A DNA stretch of 64,000 nucleotides from Patescibacteria group bacterium (GCA_028692545.1 JAQUXC010000001.1:1365-65364); one strand, 5' to 3'; numbered from the stretch's first letter, positions 51,787-62,460 are shown. Numbers and translations: made by a program. The notes: generated from the letters alone by a model not told the origin.

Positions 51787-52819
51787 ATGTATATGAGAGT
51801 AAACAAAAATTTATTAAAAAAATTATATTTAGCATTTCTTGTATTATTTATTATTTCAGCGATATCAAAAAATGGCCCATTATTTTTTATTTTTATAATA
51901 ATATTATTAATTTATATATTTAATAAAACAAATTTTAAAAACATTATAAACAAAAATATGTCTGAAACAATAAATTTAGATGATTTAAAATTGAAGAAAA
52001 ATTTCAAGAAAATATCCACTATAATTATATTATTTGTCTTGTGTTTGTGGTTTTTCTTTTCTTCTATAATAATAATTGATGCAGGACAAACTGGTGTTTA
52101 TTCTCTTTTTGGTAAAGTAAGAGATTCTGAACTTAGGTCTGGTTTTCATCTTGTAATTCCACTTGCAAGAGTACATAAAATGAGTATAAGAACAGAGGAA
52201 TATACTATGAGTATAGCTGCAAAAGAAGGAAAAAGGGTAAATGATGATTCTATATTAGCTCTTACAAAAGAAGGGCTTAGCGTGGCACTTGATATTACTG
52301 CACTTTATAAATTGAATGAAGAATCAGCATCGGAAGTTTACAAAACATTGGGCTTGAATTATGAAGAAAAAATTATAAGACCGGAAATAAGAAGCTCTAT
52401 AAGAGAAGTCAAATTATGAGGCAAAAGATATTTATTCAGAAAAAAGGCAAGAAGCTGCAAAAGGAATTTTGGATAATCTGAAATCAAAATTAGAGCCACG
52501 TGGAATAACTGTAGAAGATTTGCTTCTTAGAAATATAAATCTTCCAGCAGATCTTGCTCAATCCATACAAGAAAAACTTCAGGCAGAACAAGAAGCTCAA
52601 AAGTATGACTTTTTATTAGACAAAGAGCGAAAAGAAAAAGAACGAAAAATAATTGAAGCAGAGGGTCAGCGTGATGCTCAGAAGATTATAAGTGATAGTC
52701 TTACAGAAAATTATTTGTATTATTCATATATAAACCAGTTAAAAGATAGACAGGGAACTATTTATGTTCCTACGAGTCCAAGTACAGGAATGCCATTATT
52801 TAGAAATTTAGGGGAATAA
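51787..52819 (+). pseudogene. SPFH/prohibitin-family protein with an internal frameshift
   Basis: ORFs 51787-52419 and 52469-52819 are the two halves of one SPFH domain; the frame switches at about 52410 (IREV | NYEAKDIYSEKRQE). Confidence 0.75.
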
Positions 52820-53057
52820 AATAAATTTTATTATAAAAAATAACCTAGTTTTAAAATTAGGTTATTTTTTGTTGATAAATATGTTGTATATATAATACAT
52901 AGATATCTTTTTATAATAGATGTTAATGAGCCATTAAGATTTTGTACTCCTCTTATTTTTTGTTATTATTGGGGCTTGATTTATTTTGATAAATATATTA
53001 TATTTACATTACTTTGTGACTAGTTTTGACAAAGTTTTGTTATAATAAACATGGTAT

Positions 53058-53132
53058 GCCGCTATCGTCTAGTGGTTAGGACATCAGGTTTTCATCCTGG
53101 CAACCGGGGTTCGATTCCCCGTGGCGGTACCA
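53058..53132 (+). tRNA. tRNA-Glu(TTC)
   Basis: TCAGG-TTTTCAT-CCTGG anticodon arm, CCA end. Confidence 0.95.
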
Positions 53133-53226
53133 CTCGCTTTGCGAGAATTTCAAATTTTAAATTCCAAAATTTGTTGTTTGGTGTTTGTAATTTGAAATTA
53201 ACTAATCGAGCTTAGCTCGACTAATA

Positions 53227-53287
53227 CGTTTACTCGGTTCTCTGGTTTGTCCGACTAGTACTTGGTAAACGAAGAAAGGACTAACTT
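53227..53287 (+). promoter_or_regulatory. Putative S15 autoregulatory leader
   Basis: CGTTTACTCGG/CTTGGTAAACG stem directly before rpsO; loop GTCC is complementary to GGAC in the RBS region. Confidence 0.45.
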
Positions 53288-53659
53288 ATGTTAGACAAAA
53301 AAATAAAGGACGAAATTATCAAAAAGTTCAAGACACACAAGAATGACACAGGTTCTGCTGAGGTTCAGATTGCTATTTTAACCGAAGAGGTGAAGGAACT
53401 TACTGAGCATTTGAAGAAACACAAGAAAGATTTTTCTTCAAGAAGAGGTTTGATAAAAAAATTAAATCAAAGAAGAAAGCTTCTTAGATTTTTGGAACGT
53501 GATAATCAAGAAAGTTTTGGAAAATTAGTAAAAAAATTAAATTTAAAAATTACTAAAATTTCTGAAATGGCTCTTGAAGAAGAAGCAAAAATTGAAAAAG
53601 ATGTAGAACAGGAATTAGAAGGAGATTTAGGAGAAATTGACGAAGAGTTGGAAAAATAA
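53288..53659 (+). CDS. rpsO: 30S ribosomal protein S15 (acidic C-terminal extension)
   Basis: DTGSAEVQIAILT, L.EHL..HKKDFSSRRGL. Confidence 0.96.
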   Translation: MLDKKIKDEIIKKFKTHKNDTGSAEVQIAILTEEVKELTEHLKKHKKDFSSRRGLIKKLNQRRKLLRFLERDNQESFGKLVKKLNLKITKISEMALEEEAKIEKDVEQELEGDLGEIDEELEK

Positions 53660-53681
53660 TTTATCAATTAATTACAAGAAA

Positions 53682-55931
53682 ATGTTTTTCAAAAAAAATA
53701 AAGAATATACAATGGAATTTGCTGGGCGCAAATTGATAATAGAAGCACAAAAATATGCTCCTCAAGCCACAGCAAGTTGTCTTGTAAGATATGCTGATAC
53801 ATCTGTTCTTTCAACAGTTGTTCAAGGAGATCAAAGAGATGGTATCGATTATTTTCCTCTTACAGTTGATTATGATGAAAAAATGTATGCAGCAGGAAAA
53901 ATAAAAGGTTCTAAGTGGGTAAAAAGAGAAGGTAGGCCAACTGATGAGGCAGTTTTAACGGCCAGAGTAATAGATAGATCTATAAGACCACTTTTCAATG
54001 AAGAATCAAGAAAAGATTTGCAATTAGTTACAACTGTTTTGGAATATGATGGAGAAAATGATCCAACTTTTGTAGCTCTCTTGGGTGCATCAATATCACT
54101 TTCCATTTCTCCAATAGAATGGGCAGGTCCAGCTATTGGTTTCTTTGTAGGTAAAATAAATGGGGAATTGGTTTTGAATCCTACGGTTGAAGCAAGGAGC
54201 AAAAGTGATTTTGAAATTTTTGTTACCGGTACTCCATATGGTATTGATATGATAGAAGCAAGATGTAAAGAAGCAAGCGAAAAAGATATTATGGAAGCAA
54301 TAGAATTTGCAGACAAACATATCAAAAAACTTATTGCTTTTGTAGAAGATATAAAGAAAGACATAGGAGAAGAAAAAGTTTTGGAAGATTCAGGATTATC
54401 TGAAGAAGAAAAACAAGCAATAGATTTGGTAACAAGAAAAGTTGATGAATTTTTGGTTGATAAAAATGCAAATACAATATTCACTCCAGATAAAGTGCAA
54501 ACAGAAGCTAATATCAAAAAACTCATTGTAGATTTAGATGCAATACTAAAAGAAGACAATGAAGTGTCAAAAGAACTTCGAGCAAGAGGAGTAATGTTGC
54601 TTGATCAAAGACTTACTGAAAAAGCTAGAAATATGATTTTGGTTGATAAGGTAAGACCAGACGGAAGAAAGATAGATGAACTAAGAGAAATAAATTGTGA
54701 AGTTGGGATATTTAATCGTACTCATGGTACGGGATTATTCAAAAGAGGTCTTACTCATGTACTTTCAATTGTAACTCTTGGTTCGCCAGGTGATGAACAA
54801 ACATTAGATGGCATGGAAGTTGAGTACAAAAAAAGATATATGCATCACTATAATTTTCCTGGATTTTCTGTTGGACAAATTTCTCCAAATAGAGGAACTT
54901 CAAGAAGAGAAATAGGTCATGGTGCACTTGCTGAAAATGCACTTATTCCAGTTCTTCCAGACAAAGAAGATTTTCCATATACAATAAGAGTTGTTTCAGA
55001 AGTATTATCTTCAAATGGATCTTCATCTCAAGCATCTGTTTGTGGTTCTACGCTTGCTCTTATGCATGCTGGAGTTCCAATAAAAAGACCAGTTGCTGGA
55101 ATTGCTATGGGTCTTATCACAAGCAAAGATGAAAAAGATTATGTAGTTCTTACTGATATTCAAGGTGTAGAAGATCACAGTGGAGATATGGATTTCAAGG
55201 TTGCAGGAACTGAAGTTGGAATTACAGCTATTCAGCTTGATATAAAATTAAGAGGAATTAGTATAGAAGTATGTAGAGAAACTTTGGAAAAAGCAAAAAT
55301 TGCAAGACTTCAAATTTTGGAAATAATGAACAAAACAATTTCAGAACCAAATAAGGAATTGTCTCCATTTGCTCCTAGAATTATAAAGATAAATATTGAT
55401 CCAGAACAAGTAAGAGAAGTAATTGGTCCTGGCGGAAAAGTAATAAACAAAATTATTGATACTTATGATGTTCAAGTTGATATAGAACAAGACGGTACAA
55501 TATTTATAACTTCTACAAATCAAGAAAATGGTGAAAAAGCAGTCGAATTCATAAAAGGTATGACAAAAAAACTTCAAATAGGTGAAATTTACGATGGAGT
55601 TGTCACAAGAATTATTACTGATCAAAGAGGTGGAGAAGTAGGTGCTATTGTAGAAGTACTTCCTGGAAAAGATGGAATGGTTCATGTATCAGAATTCAAA
55701 TATGAAAGAGTAGAAAAAGTTTCTGATATTGTAAAAATTGGTGACAAAATCAAAGTAAAAGTTATCGATATAGATTCTGAGAAGGATAGAGTTTCTTTGT
55801 CAGCAAAAGCATTGTTAGAAAAACCAGCAAACTTTGATGAGAGTTTTCAAGAAAGACCTAGAAGAGATTTTGGAAATAAAGGTGGTTTTAATAATAGAAG
55901 ACCTAATGGTGACAATAGAAGAAGATTTTAA
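53682..55931 (+). CDS. pnp: Polyribonucleotide nucleotidyltransferase
   Basis: FPLTVDY, R.IDRSIRPLF, RREIGHGALAE, SNGSSS.AS, GDMDFKVAGT, KH and S1 domains. Confidence 0.97.
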   Translation: MFFKKNKEYTMEFAGRKLIIEAQKYAPQATASCLVRYADTSVLSTVVQGDQRDGIDYFPLTVDYDEKMYAAGKIKGSKWVKREGRPTDEAVLTARVIDRSIRPLFNEESRKDLQLVTTVLEYDGENDPTFVALLGASISLSISPIEWAGPAIGFFVGKINGELVLNPTVEARSKSDFEIFVTGTPYGIDMIEARCKEASEKDIMEAIEFADKHIKKLIAFVEDIKKDIGEEKVLEDSGLSEEEKQAIDLVTRKVDEFLVDKNANTIFTPDKVQTEANIKKLIVDLDAILKEDNEVSKELRARGVMLLDQRLTEKARNMILVDKVRPDGRKIDELREINCEVGIFNRTHGTGLFKRGLTHVLSIVTLGSPGDEQTLDGMEVEYKKRYMHHYNFPGFSVGQISPNRGTSRREIGHGALAENALIPVLPDKEDFPYTIRVVSEVLSSNGSSSQASVCGSTLALMHAGVPIKRPVAGIAMGLITSKDEKDYVVLTDIQGVEDHSGDMDFKVAGTEVGITAIQLDIKLRGISIEVCRETLEKAKIARLQILEIMNKTISEPNKELSPFAPRIIKINIDPEQVREVIGPGGKVINKIIDTYDVQVDIEQDGTIFITSTNQENGEKAVEFIKGMTKKLQIGEIYDGVVTRIITDQRGGEVGAIVEVLPGKDGMVHVSEFKYERVEKVSDIVKIGDKIKVKVIDIDSEKDRVSLSAKALLEKPANFDESFQERPRRDFGNKGGFNNRRPNGDNRRRF

Positions 55932-56002
55932 TTAATCGTGAGATATATAAAAAAAATGCGGGCTTTGTATAGCTCGCATTTTTTGCTAAAATAGAAACTA
56001 TT

Positions 56003-57565
56003 ATGAGCTATAATTTTAATACGAATTTTAATCCAGAATTCAATTGGCAAAAAGAAGCCAAATTTAAACATAGAAAAAAAATAACAAAATTTTCTTTGAT
56101 ATTATTTTGTATTTTTGTTTTTATTTTTTTGATGCAAAAATATTATTTTATTTCTGACAAAAATATAACACTAAGTAGTATAATACCAGATGAATCAAAA
56201 GCAATTTTTCACATATCTAATTCTTCAAAAATATTTAATGTAGAAAAAAATAAGTCCATATTTTCTCAAAAAACAAAAGAAAAGTTATCTTATTATTTAA
56301 ATGATAATACAGAATTTACAGATTTATTTTTAAGAAGTATAGAAGATGGTTTTTATTGGATAGAGTATGATAATGATTCTCAGGCATTTTTGTTTAAAGT
56401 AAAAGATTTGTCTGATATAAAGAGTAAATTTTTAGAAACTTTTAAAAGTGTAGAAAATTATGATTATAGAAATAAAAAAATATATAAAACACAAGTAAAT
56501 TGGGAGAAAAATAAATTTTTACCAATTGAAAATAATTTTCTTTATATAAGTTATTTAAATAACTATACAATAAGTGTTTCAAATAGTTCAGATCTTATAA
56601 ATAAAATTATAGATAAATATCAAGATAATTTGAGATTTGATTATCTTAGTAGTATAAAAGATAAATTCAATAAGTATTTTGTGTATTATTCTGACATAGA
56701 TCTTAAGATAAATGATTATGAAGATATAGATAATTCAAAAAGTTGGTTGAAAGATATTTCTTTTATTATCAAAGATTCTACTGACAAGACATTTTTTATA
56801 AAATTAAATAATAGTTCAAAAATGTCAGAATTATCACTTAGTACATCTGAAAATATAGGTGATAAGTTGAAATTAGAAGAGGAAATAAAGGTTATATCAA
56901 AAATTTTCGGTGAAGATTTTTTATTTTATTATAATAGTATAAAATCTATATCGAACGTAAATAATACAAATTTGGGAAAAAACATAGATGATTACTTATC
57001 TGTTAATATAGGTGGTTTATATAATATAAACTTGAAAGAGGATATTTTAAATATAAAAAATCCTTATTTTTTCGTTTTGTACCCAAAAGATAAATTTGTT
57101 TTGATGGCTAATGATTTTGATTCAATATCGAATATATATAGAAAGATGTTGGCTCACTACAAACCATTAGAAAGGCAAATGTTTCTTCCTGACGGTAGCA
57201 GAGTGACGGAGTATTATATGAATGCAAATTCTATTGATTTGAAGATGTATCAAGATGGTGATTTAGTTTGGTATTATGATGATTTACCAAGTATACCTAG
57301 TTTTGATATGGTAAAATGTGCAAATCGTTATATATTATCTAATTCTAAAAATTATATTTATAAATTCTGTCAAAATGGTTCAGAAATTGATCCAGATTTA
57401 GGTTTTATAAATGAGATATTTATATCAAATATTGATAATTTGGATAATAAATCAAATATATTACCATTTACAGAGTTATTTAATATAAAATTGAAAAATA
57501 TAAATTTTATTGATTTTGGTAAAAAAAATAATGATGTTCAAATGATTTTTCAGTTTATTTATTGA
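56003..57565 (+). CDS. Membrane-anchored hypothetical protein
   Basis: N-terminal TM; 520-aa ORF with an LPDGS...E motif. Confidence 0.65.
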   Translation: MSYNFNTNFNPEFNWQKEAKFKHRKKITKFSLILFCIFVFIFLMQKYYFISDKNITLSSIIPDESKAIFHISNSSKIFNVEKNKSIFSQKTKEKLSYYLNDNTEFTDLFLRSIEDGFYWIEYDNDSQAFLFKVKDLSDIKSKFLETFKSVENYDYRNKKIYKTQVNWEKNKFLPIENNFLYISYLNNYTISVSNSSDLINKIIDKYQDNLRFDYLSSIKDKFNKYFVYYSDIDLKINDYEDIDNSKSWLKDISFIIKDSTDKTFFIKLNNSSKMSELSLSTSENIGDKLKLEEEIKVISKIFGEDFLFYYNSIKSISNVNNTNLGKNIDDYLSVNIGGLYNINLKEDILNIKNPYFFVLYPKDKFVLMANDFDSISNIYRKMLAHYKPLERQMFLPDGSRVTEYYMNANSIDLKMYQDGDLVWYYDDLPSIPSFDMVKCANRYILSNSKNYIYKFCQNGSEIDPDLGFINEIFISNIDNLDNKSNILPFTELFNIKLKNINFIDFGKKNNDVQMIFQFIY

Positions 57566-57661
57566 AAATTTGCCCTGTGGATAAACTGTTGATATTTATT
57601 AAGATATAAATTTTACTTTATGTCTAATTTATTTTTTAATAAAATATGATTTTGTTTTTTT

Positions 57662-57739
57662 GGCTTAAATAAGCCATAATATTAGATTGACTTTTTTGGT
57701 TTTACATGATATACTTATATTATAATAGTACATTATCAA
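57662..57739 (+). promoter_or_regulatory. Promoter module (copy 2): GGCTTAAATAAGCC, TTGACT-N17-TATACT, boxA-like site
   Basis: Same elements and spacing as the minus-strand module at 925-1002. Confidence 0.7.
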
Positions 57740-58136
57740 TTATTAACTTGATAAATCCCACCCACTAAACCCTAAAACAAAAATAAAAAAAGTTTAAAAG
57801 CAGAGTTCCTACCAGGAAAATAAAAACAAAAGGTGAGAACTTAGCAACAATCAAGCCTGAAAGCTTGAAAAAACAAAAAAAGTGAGGGATAAAAGAAAAA
57901 ATAAAGGGTGAGAAAATTAGGTTAATTATTATAAAATGTCTCGAAGGGAATTTCCTGCTTCTAATTAGTTGGAAATAGAAATCTCCCTTTGAGATGTAAA
58001 GCTCTCTGGACGGTGATTTACTCGATGTTTTTTAAAACATTGAATGAATTCTGTAAGAGAGTGAAAAGTACCTCTCTTGCATTCGTCTCGAATAAAAACA
58101 TAAAGGACGTTATAAGCACAGAGGGGTCTTTTTTTA
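57721..58136 (+). ncRNA. Putative ~410-nt structured ncRNA (A-rich linkers plus long hairpins)
   Basis: No credible ORF; long stems at about 57936-57997, 58001-58062 and 58070-58127, then a T-tract. Confidence 0.45.
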
Positions 58137-58210
58137 TTTTAGTAAATTTGACATTATATTTTGAATATATTATTATATTGAATTATTACATTAATATACT
58201 GGAGGTTAAA

Positions 58211-58714
58211 ATGAAATTGAAGTCGGGAGAAGCTGTCTTTGACAGGCCGAATAGTCATTTTCACGATAATGATGCTGATTTTTCAAGAGCTCTTGGTCAA
58301 GCACTTACCTATGTAGAAAGTGCTGGGAGAGAGTTTATTGAAGAAGAGGTTTATCTTGGGAGATTTATAGGACAATCAACTTGCGTTTCTACTGATGCCA
58401 ATGATGAAATCATATATGCTCAGAGAACTGGTAGGACTGGTTTGACAAGATTTGTCAAAAACCATTTACCCGAAGACTGCAACTATATGGTTTTGGTTTT
58501 GAAAAAAGCCAAGAAAGGCGATGGGTATATTCTTATAACAGCTTTTATAGGGCGTCTTTCTTTTCCCGAGCCTTGGGATGAAAATGCTTTCTCCAAGCAT
58601 GAAGACCCAGATAGAGCTCGAAAAGACTCAATCGATTTTTGGTCTTCTCATGCCTTGATCTGGGAAACGGAAGAAATAATCCCAGGGACTGAAACTTTGA
58701 TTTGTCCTTGGTAA
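58211..58714 (+). CDS. Hypothetical protein (strong-SD class)
   Basis: GGAGG SD before ATG 58211; DR..SH.H, R.GR.G.TRFV, ITAFIG....PEPWD, FW..HAL. Confidence 0.75.
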   Translation: MKLKSGEAVFDRPNSHFHDNDADFSRALGQALTYVESAGREFIEEEVYLGRFIGQSTCVSTDANDEIIYAQRTGRTGLTRFVKNHLPEDCNYMVLVLKKAKKGDGYILITAFIGRLSFPEPWDENAFSKHEDPDRARKDSIDFWSSHALIWETEEIIPGTETLICPW

Positions 58715-58779
58715 AGTATTTTAACTTTTAATAGTGCAGGGGAGTTGTAATGACTCCCTTGTTTTTTATTTGAAAAATT

Positions 58780-60132
58780 TTAGAGTTGAATTTTTTCCAA
58801 TTTATGAAGTTTGTTCTTTGTATATAAAAAAGTAAATATTGCAGCAGACCAATTTATAAAAAATATAGCCCACCATATTGATTTTATTTGAAGTTTAAAA
58901 ATATTTGTGAGTACATAAAATATTGTTATGGGCATAAGTATTTGTCTGTATAAGCCCACATATATGCCATATAAAGGTTTTTTTATTCCCTGAAGAATTG
59001 ATATGCAAATGTTTAGTATCGTATATGTAATATAAAATAACACAGATATTCTAAGATAAGTTGTTCCTATATTTATAACATTTTGATCCTTTGTAAAAAA
59101 CATCATTAATTGACGAGAAAACGAAAATACAAATAATGCTCCTACAATAGTCACGATGATTCCATACCTCAAGCCTTTTTTAAAAATTTCTTTTAATCTG
59201 TCGTATCTTTTTGCTCCATTGTTTTGACCTGATAGTGTAAGAACGGCAATATTTAATCCAATAGCTGGGAGTATTGCAATTTGTTCCATTCTTGTAGCTA
59301 TTCCATATGCTGCAACAGAATCTTTACCAAATGCACTGACAAAATAAGTTATTACAAAAACTCCTATTGCAACAGACATCATACTTAAGCTTGCAGGAAA
59401 ACCTTGTTTTATAATATCAATATAATATTTTTTATTAGGTATTAAATTTTTCAAATGAATATGTTTGAAATCCTTCTCTGTTATAACTTTTCTGAGTAAA
59501 AGTAGGAATTCGATAAAATGAATAAGTATTGTGGCAAGAGCTACTCCTGCAAGCCCCATTTTTGGAAAGCCAAACCATCCAAACATAAACCATGGATCTA
59601 ATAATAAATTTAATAAAAATCCAATTATTATAAGATTTCTAAAGGTTTTTGTATCTCCTTCTGCTATTAATATTCCATTTAAAACATTTGTTAATAAAAA
59701 GAAAATTGTTCCATAAAAAATTATATTAGTATAACTTAGTGTCATTTTTAGATAGTCACTATTTGCTCCTAAAATTTTAAAAAGTGATGGCGCAGCAAAA
59801 AGTCCTAGTATAGTGAGAAATATTGAAAATATTATTGCAAATGAGATTGCCTGGCAACCATATTTTTCCGCCTTTTCTTTTTCTTTTTCACCAAGTGAAT
59901 TTGTGATAAGTGCTGTTGCACCATTTGATATACCAGATCCCATAGCAAGAATTAAAAAAAATATAGGAAATGATAGTGACATTGCAGCGAGTGCTTCAGT
60001 TGAAATCATACCTCCATAATAAGTATCTACAACGTTGTACATTGTATTGAAAAAGAAGCCGACGCTTGCCGGAATTGCAATTTGACCAATAAGTTTTGGA
60101 ATTGGTTCTGTAATTAATTTGTTTTCCTTCAT
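58780..60132 (-). CDS. MATE family efflux transporter
   Basis: YNVVDT, LN..LDP.F.FG..G.P.MG.AG.A.AT, GQN.GA; about 12 TM segments. Confidence 0.93.
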   Translation of the reverse strand: MKENKLITEPIPKLIGQIAIPASVGFFFNTMYNVVDTYYGGMISTEALAAMSLSFPIFFLILAMGSGISNGATALITNSLGEKEKEKAEKYGCQAISFAIIFSIFLTILGLFAAPSLFKILGANSDYLKMTLSYTNIIFYGTIFFLLTNVLNGILIAEGDTKTFRNLIIIGFLLNLLLDPWFMFGWFGFPKMGLAGVALATILIHFIEFLLLLRKVITEKDFKHIHLKNLIPNKKYYIDIIKQGFPASLSMMSVAIGVFVITYFVSAFGKDSVAAYGIATRMEQIAILPAIGLNIAVLTLSGQNNGAKRYDRLKEIFKKGLRYGIIVTIVGALFVFSFSRQLMMFFTKDQNVINIGTTYLRISVLFYITYTILNICISILQGIKKPLYGIYVGLYRQILMPITIFYVLTNIFKLQIKSIWWAIFFINWSAAIFTFLYTKNKLHKLEKIQL

Positions 60133-60920
60133 TTTATTTCTATTCCTATTGGCGCATGATCAGATCCTTGTATTTGATCTAATATATAAGCACTTTTTAT
60201 ATTTTTCATAAATTTTTTTGACACACAAAAATAATCAATACGCCAGCCAACATTTCTTACTCTTGCACCAGCTCTAAAACTCCACCAAGAATATTGAATT
60301 TTTGTAGGATTTAATTTTCTAAAAGTATCTACAAATCCGTATTCCAAAAATTTAGTCATCCAATTTCTTTCTTCATATGTAAAACCTGCATTTCCATTGT
60401 TTTCCTTTGGTCTTGCAATATCAATTTCCTCGTGTGCTACATTGTAATCGCCACAAATGATTACTGGCTTCTTTTTTTCTAATAATTTTATATGTAACAA
60501 AAGTTTGTTGTTGAATTTTATTTTGTAATCAAGACGAGCCAAGTCATCTTTTGAATTTGGAAAATATACATTTATCAAATAAAACTTTTTTAATTCTAAT
60601 ATCTGTACTCTTCCTTCATCATGAGTATATATTTTTTTTGAAATAACTTCTTTTTTTAAAGAATTTTTTATCAACATCATTGTACCGCTATAACCAGGTC
60701 GTTTTGCGCTATTCCAAAATTCATCATAATTTTTGAAATCAAAGGACTCTTTGTTTTTTGCATTATCATCTATTTTTATTTCTTGTAAACATAAAATATC
60801 AGGATTTTGTTTTTTTAAAAAATCAAGGAAGCCTTTTTTCATCATTGCTCTTATTCCATTTATATTCCAAGAAAGTATTTTTAACCTGCTAGATAATTTT
60901 TTGACATTATTTTTGGTCAT
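60129..60920 (-). CDS. xth: Exodeoxyribonuclease III (AP endonuclease)
   Basis: SWNINGIRA, LQEIK, GYSG, GDYNVAH, WWS.R..AR.RNVGWRIDYF, SDHAP. Confidence 0.95.
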   Translation of the reverse strand: MTKNNVKKLSSRLKILSWNINGIRAMMKKGFLDFLKKQNPDILCLQEIKIDDNAKNKESFDFKNYDEFWNSAKRPGYSGTMMLIKNSLKKEVISKKIYTHDEGRVQILELKKFYLINVYFPNSKDDLARLDYKIKFNNKLLLHIKLLEKKKPVIICGDYNVAHEEIDIARPKENNGNAGFTYEERNWMTKFLEYGFVDTFRKLNPTKIQYSWWSFRAGARVRNVGWRIDYFCVSKKFMKNIKSAYILDQIQGSDHAPIGIEIK

Positions 60921-61115
60921 ACTAAAATATATAATTAATATCTTCAAGAAAATCAAAAAGATTTTTCTGTTTATTAACCCATTAGATAATTTATCTAACG
61001 GGCTTCATGAAATTATTATAACATTCCGCCCCCATGGTTGCCACCCCTAGCATTGCTTTTATTGATTATATATTATAAGATTTCGACATTAAAAAGAATT
61101 AAGGAGGAAACAGAA

Positions 61116-62333
61116 ATGTTTTCAAGAGAACGTTTAATGGCAATGGCTAGGTGCCTAATTTGGGGTCTTAAAACAGCAAGAAAAGCAGACTTCAAACGAG
61201 GAGACGTAGTTGTCGTTGGGTTTTGCAGGCTTTATATTGAGCTTGCAGCAAATGTTCAGAGCTTACTTATTAAGGAAGGAATTCATGTTATCCCTGAAAT
61301 GATGATGACACCAGAAATGGAACTGAATCTATATTCTTTGGGTGATAATGATCAACTTCAATTCCTTCCGCAGTGGCTCCTGAATAAGCAAGAAAATCTT
61401 AATGGCATGATCATGATTCTGGCCTATGAAAATTTGAATCATCTCAAGGATTTGGAACCAACAAAAATGGCACTCGCTCAGAAAAGCAAAAAACCACTTC
61501 TTGATATTCGCAATCAACGTGAAAGGAGTGGTGATTTTGGATGGACTTTATGCGTGATGCCAACTGAGGCACTTGCTGAAGAGGCTGGAATGAGCCTTGA
61601 AGAATATGAGGAAGAAGTTGCCAAAATTTGTCACCTTGATGATGATCCGGTTGTTTTTTGGAAAAATCTTCACAATGAGGCAATGGAAGTAAAAAGATAT
61701 CTTAATTCCTTGGATGTTGATTATTTCCATGTGGTCTCAGATTCGGGCAAAACAGATTTGAAGGTCTATCCTGGAGAATCCAGACAATGGATTGGTGTGT
61801 CCGGTCATAATATTCCCAGCTTCGAAATTTATACATCACCTGATTGCTATAAAACCGAAGGCACATTCTTTGCCAATAATACAATGTTTAAAGATGGTAA
61901 TCGTGTGACAGATGTTAACCTTGAATTCAAGGATGGTAGAGTGGTAAGCTGTTCTGCTAAAGAAGGTGAAGAATTCCTAAAAAAACAGGTCAGCATGGAT
62001 GATACCTCCGATATGCTTGGTGAGTTTTCTCTTACTGATGCAAATGCCTCATCTATAACGCGATTTATGGCGAGTACCTTGTATGATGAGAATGTCGGTG
62101 GAGAGTTTGGTAACTGCCATGTGGCGATTGGTAGAGGTTTTGGTGATTCATATTGCGGAAACAAAGAATGGACCCCAGACCTTATGAAGCAAATAGGAAT
62201 CAATTCATCAGCTCAGCACTGGGATTTGATTTCAACCGAGAAAAAAATCGTCACTGCTCATCTCAAAGATGGGCATGAGATTGTTATTTACAAAGATGGT
62301 AGTTTCATTATTCCGGAACCGGTTGGATGTTAA
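61116..62333 (+). CDS. M29 (AmpS/aminopeptidase II) thermophilic metalloprotease family (strong-SD class)
   Basis: NIPSFEIYTSP, GEFSLTD, TLYDEN, HVAIG, N.SAQHWD; AAGGAGG SD. Confidence 0.88.
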   Translation: MFSRERLMAMARCLIWGLKTARKADFKRGDVVVVGFCRLYIELAANVQSLLIKEGIHVIPEMMMTPEMELNLYSLGDNDQLQFLPQWLLNKQENLNGMIMILAYENLNHLKDLEPTKMALAQKSKKPLLDIRNQRERSGDFGWTLCVMPTEALAEEAGMSLEEYEEEVAKICHLDDDPVVFWKNLHNEAMEVKRYLNSLDVDYFHVVSDSGKTDLKVYPGESRQWIGVSGHNIPSFEIYTSPDCYKTEGTFFANNTMFKDGNRVTDVNLEFKDGRVVSCSAKEGEEFLKKQVSMDDTSDMLGEFSLTDANASSITRFMASTLYDENVGGEFGNCHVAIGRGFGDSYCGNKEWTPDLMKQIGINSSAQHWDLISTEKKIVTAHLKDGHEIVIYKDGSFIIPEPVGC

Positions 62334-62353
62334 ATTGCAATATTTCATTATCG

Positions 62354-62385
62354 AATCGGTGGCCCTTTGGGTCGCCGATTTTTTA
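62354..62385 (+). terminator. Intrinsic terminator
   Basis: AATCGGTGGCCC-TTT-GGGTCGCCGATT followed by a T-tract. Confidence 0.75.
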
Positions 62386-62391
62386 TTACTT

Positions 62392-62445
62392 GTTGACAAC
62401 TTAGTTGACAACTTTTTGATATGGGTGTATACTAAAGTTGTAAAC
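62392..62445 (+). promoter_or_regulatory. Promoter with repeated GTTGACAAC/GTTGTAAAC operator candidates
   Basis: TTGACA (62405)-N17-TATACT (62428), overlapped by GTTGACAAC at 62392 and 62404 and GTTGTAAAC at 62437. Confidence 0.5.
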
Positions 62446-62460
62446 AATAAATTTTGTGAT

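Noticed and set aside
53870-55685. Antisense ORFs within pnp (and similar ones within PBP1A, MATE and the aminopeptidase)
   Set aside because: Antisense shadows of well-supported genes with no recognisable motifs.
57989-58210. Upstream extension of the 241-aa ORF
   Set aside because: TTG start running through hairpins, a terminator and a promoter; a strong SD marks ATG 58211.
62269-62460. N-terminal extension of the LexA-like ORF
   Set aside because: It overlaps the aminopeptidase end and its terminator; the promoter points to ATG 62461.
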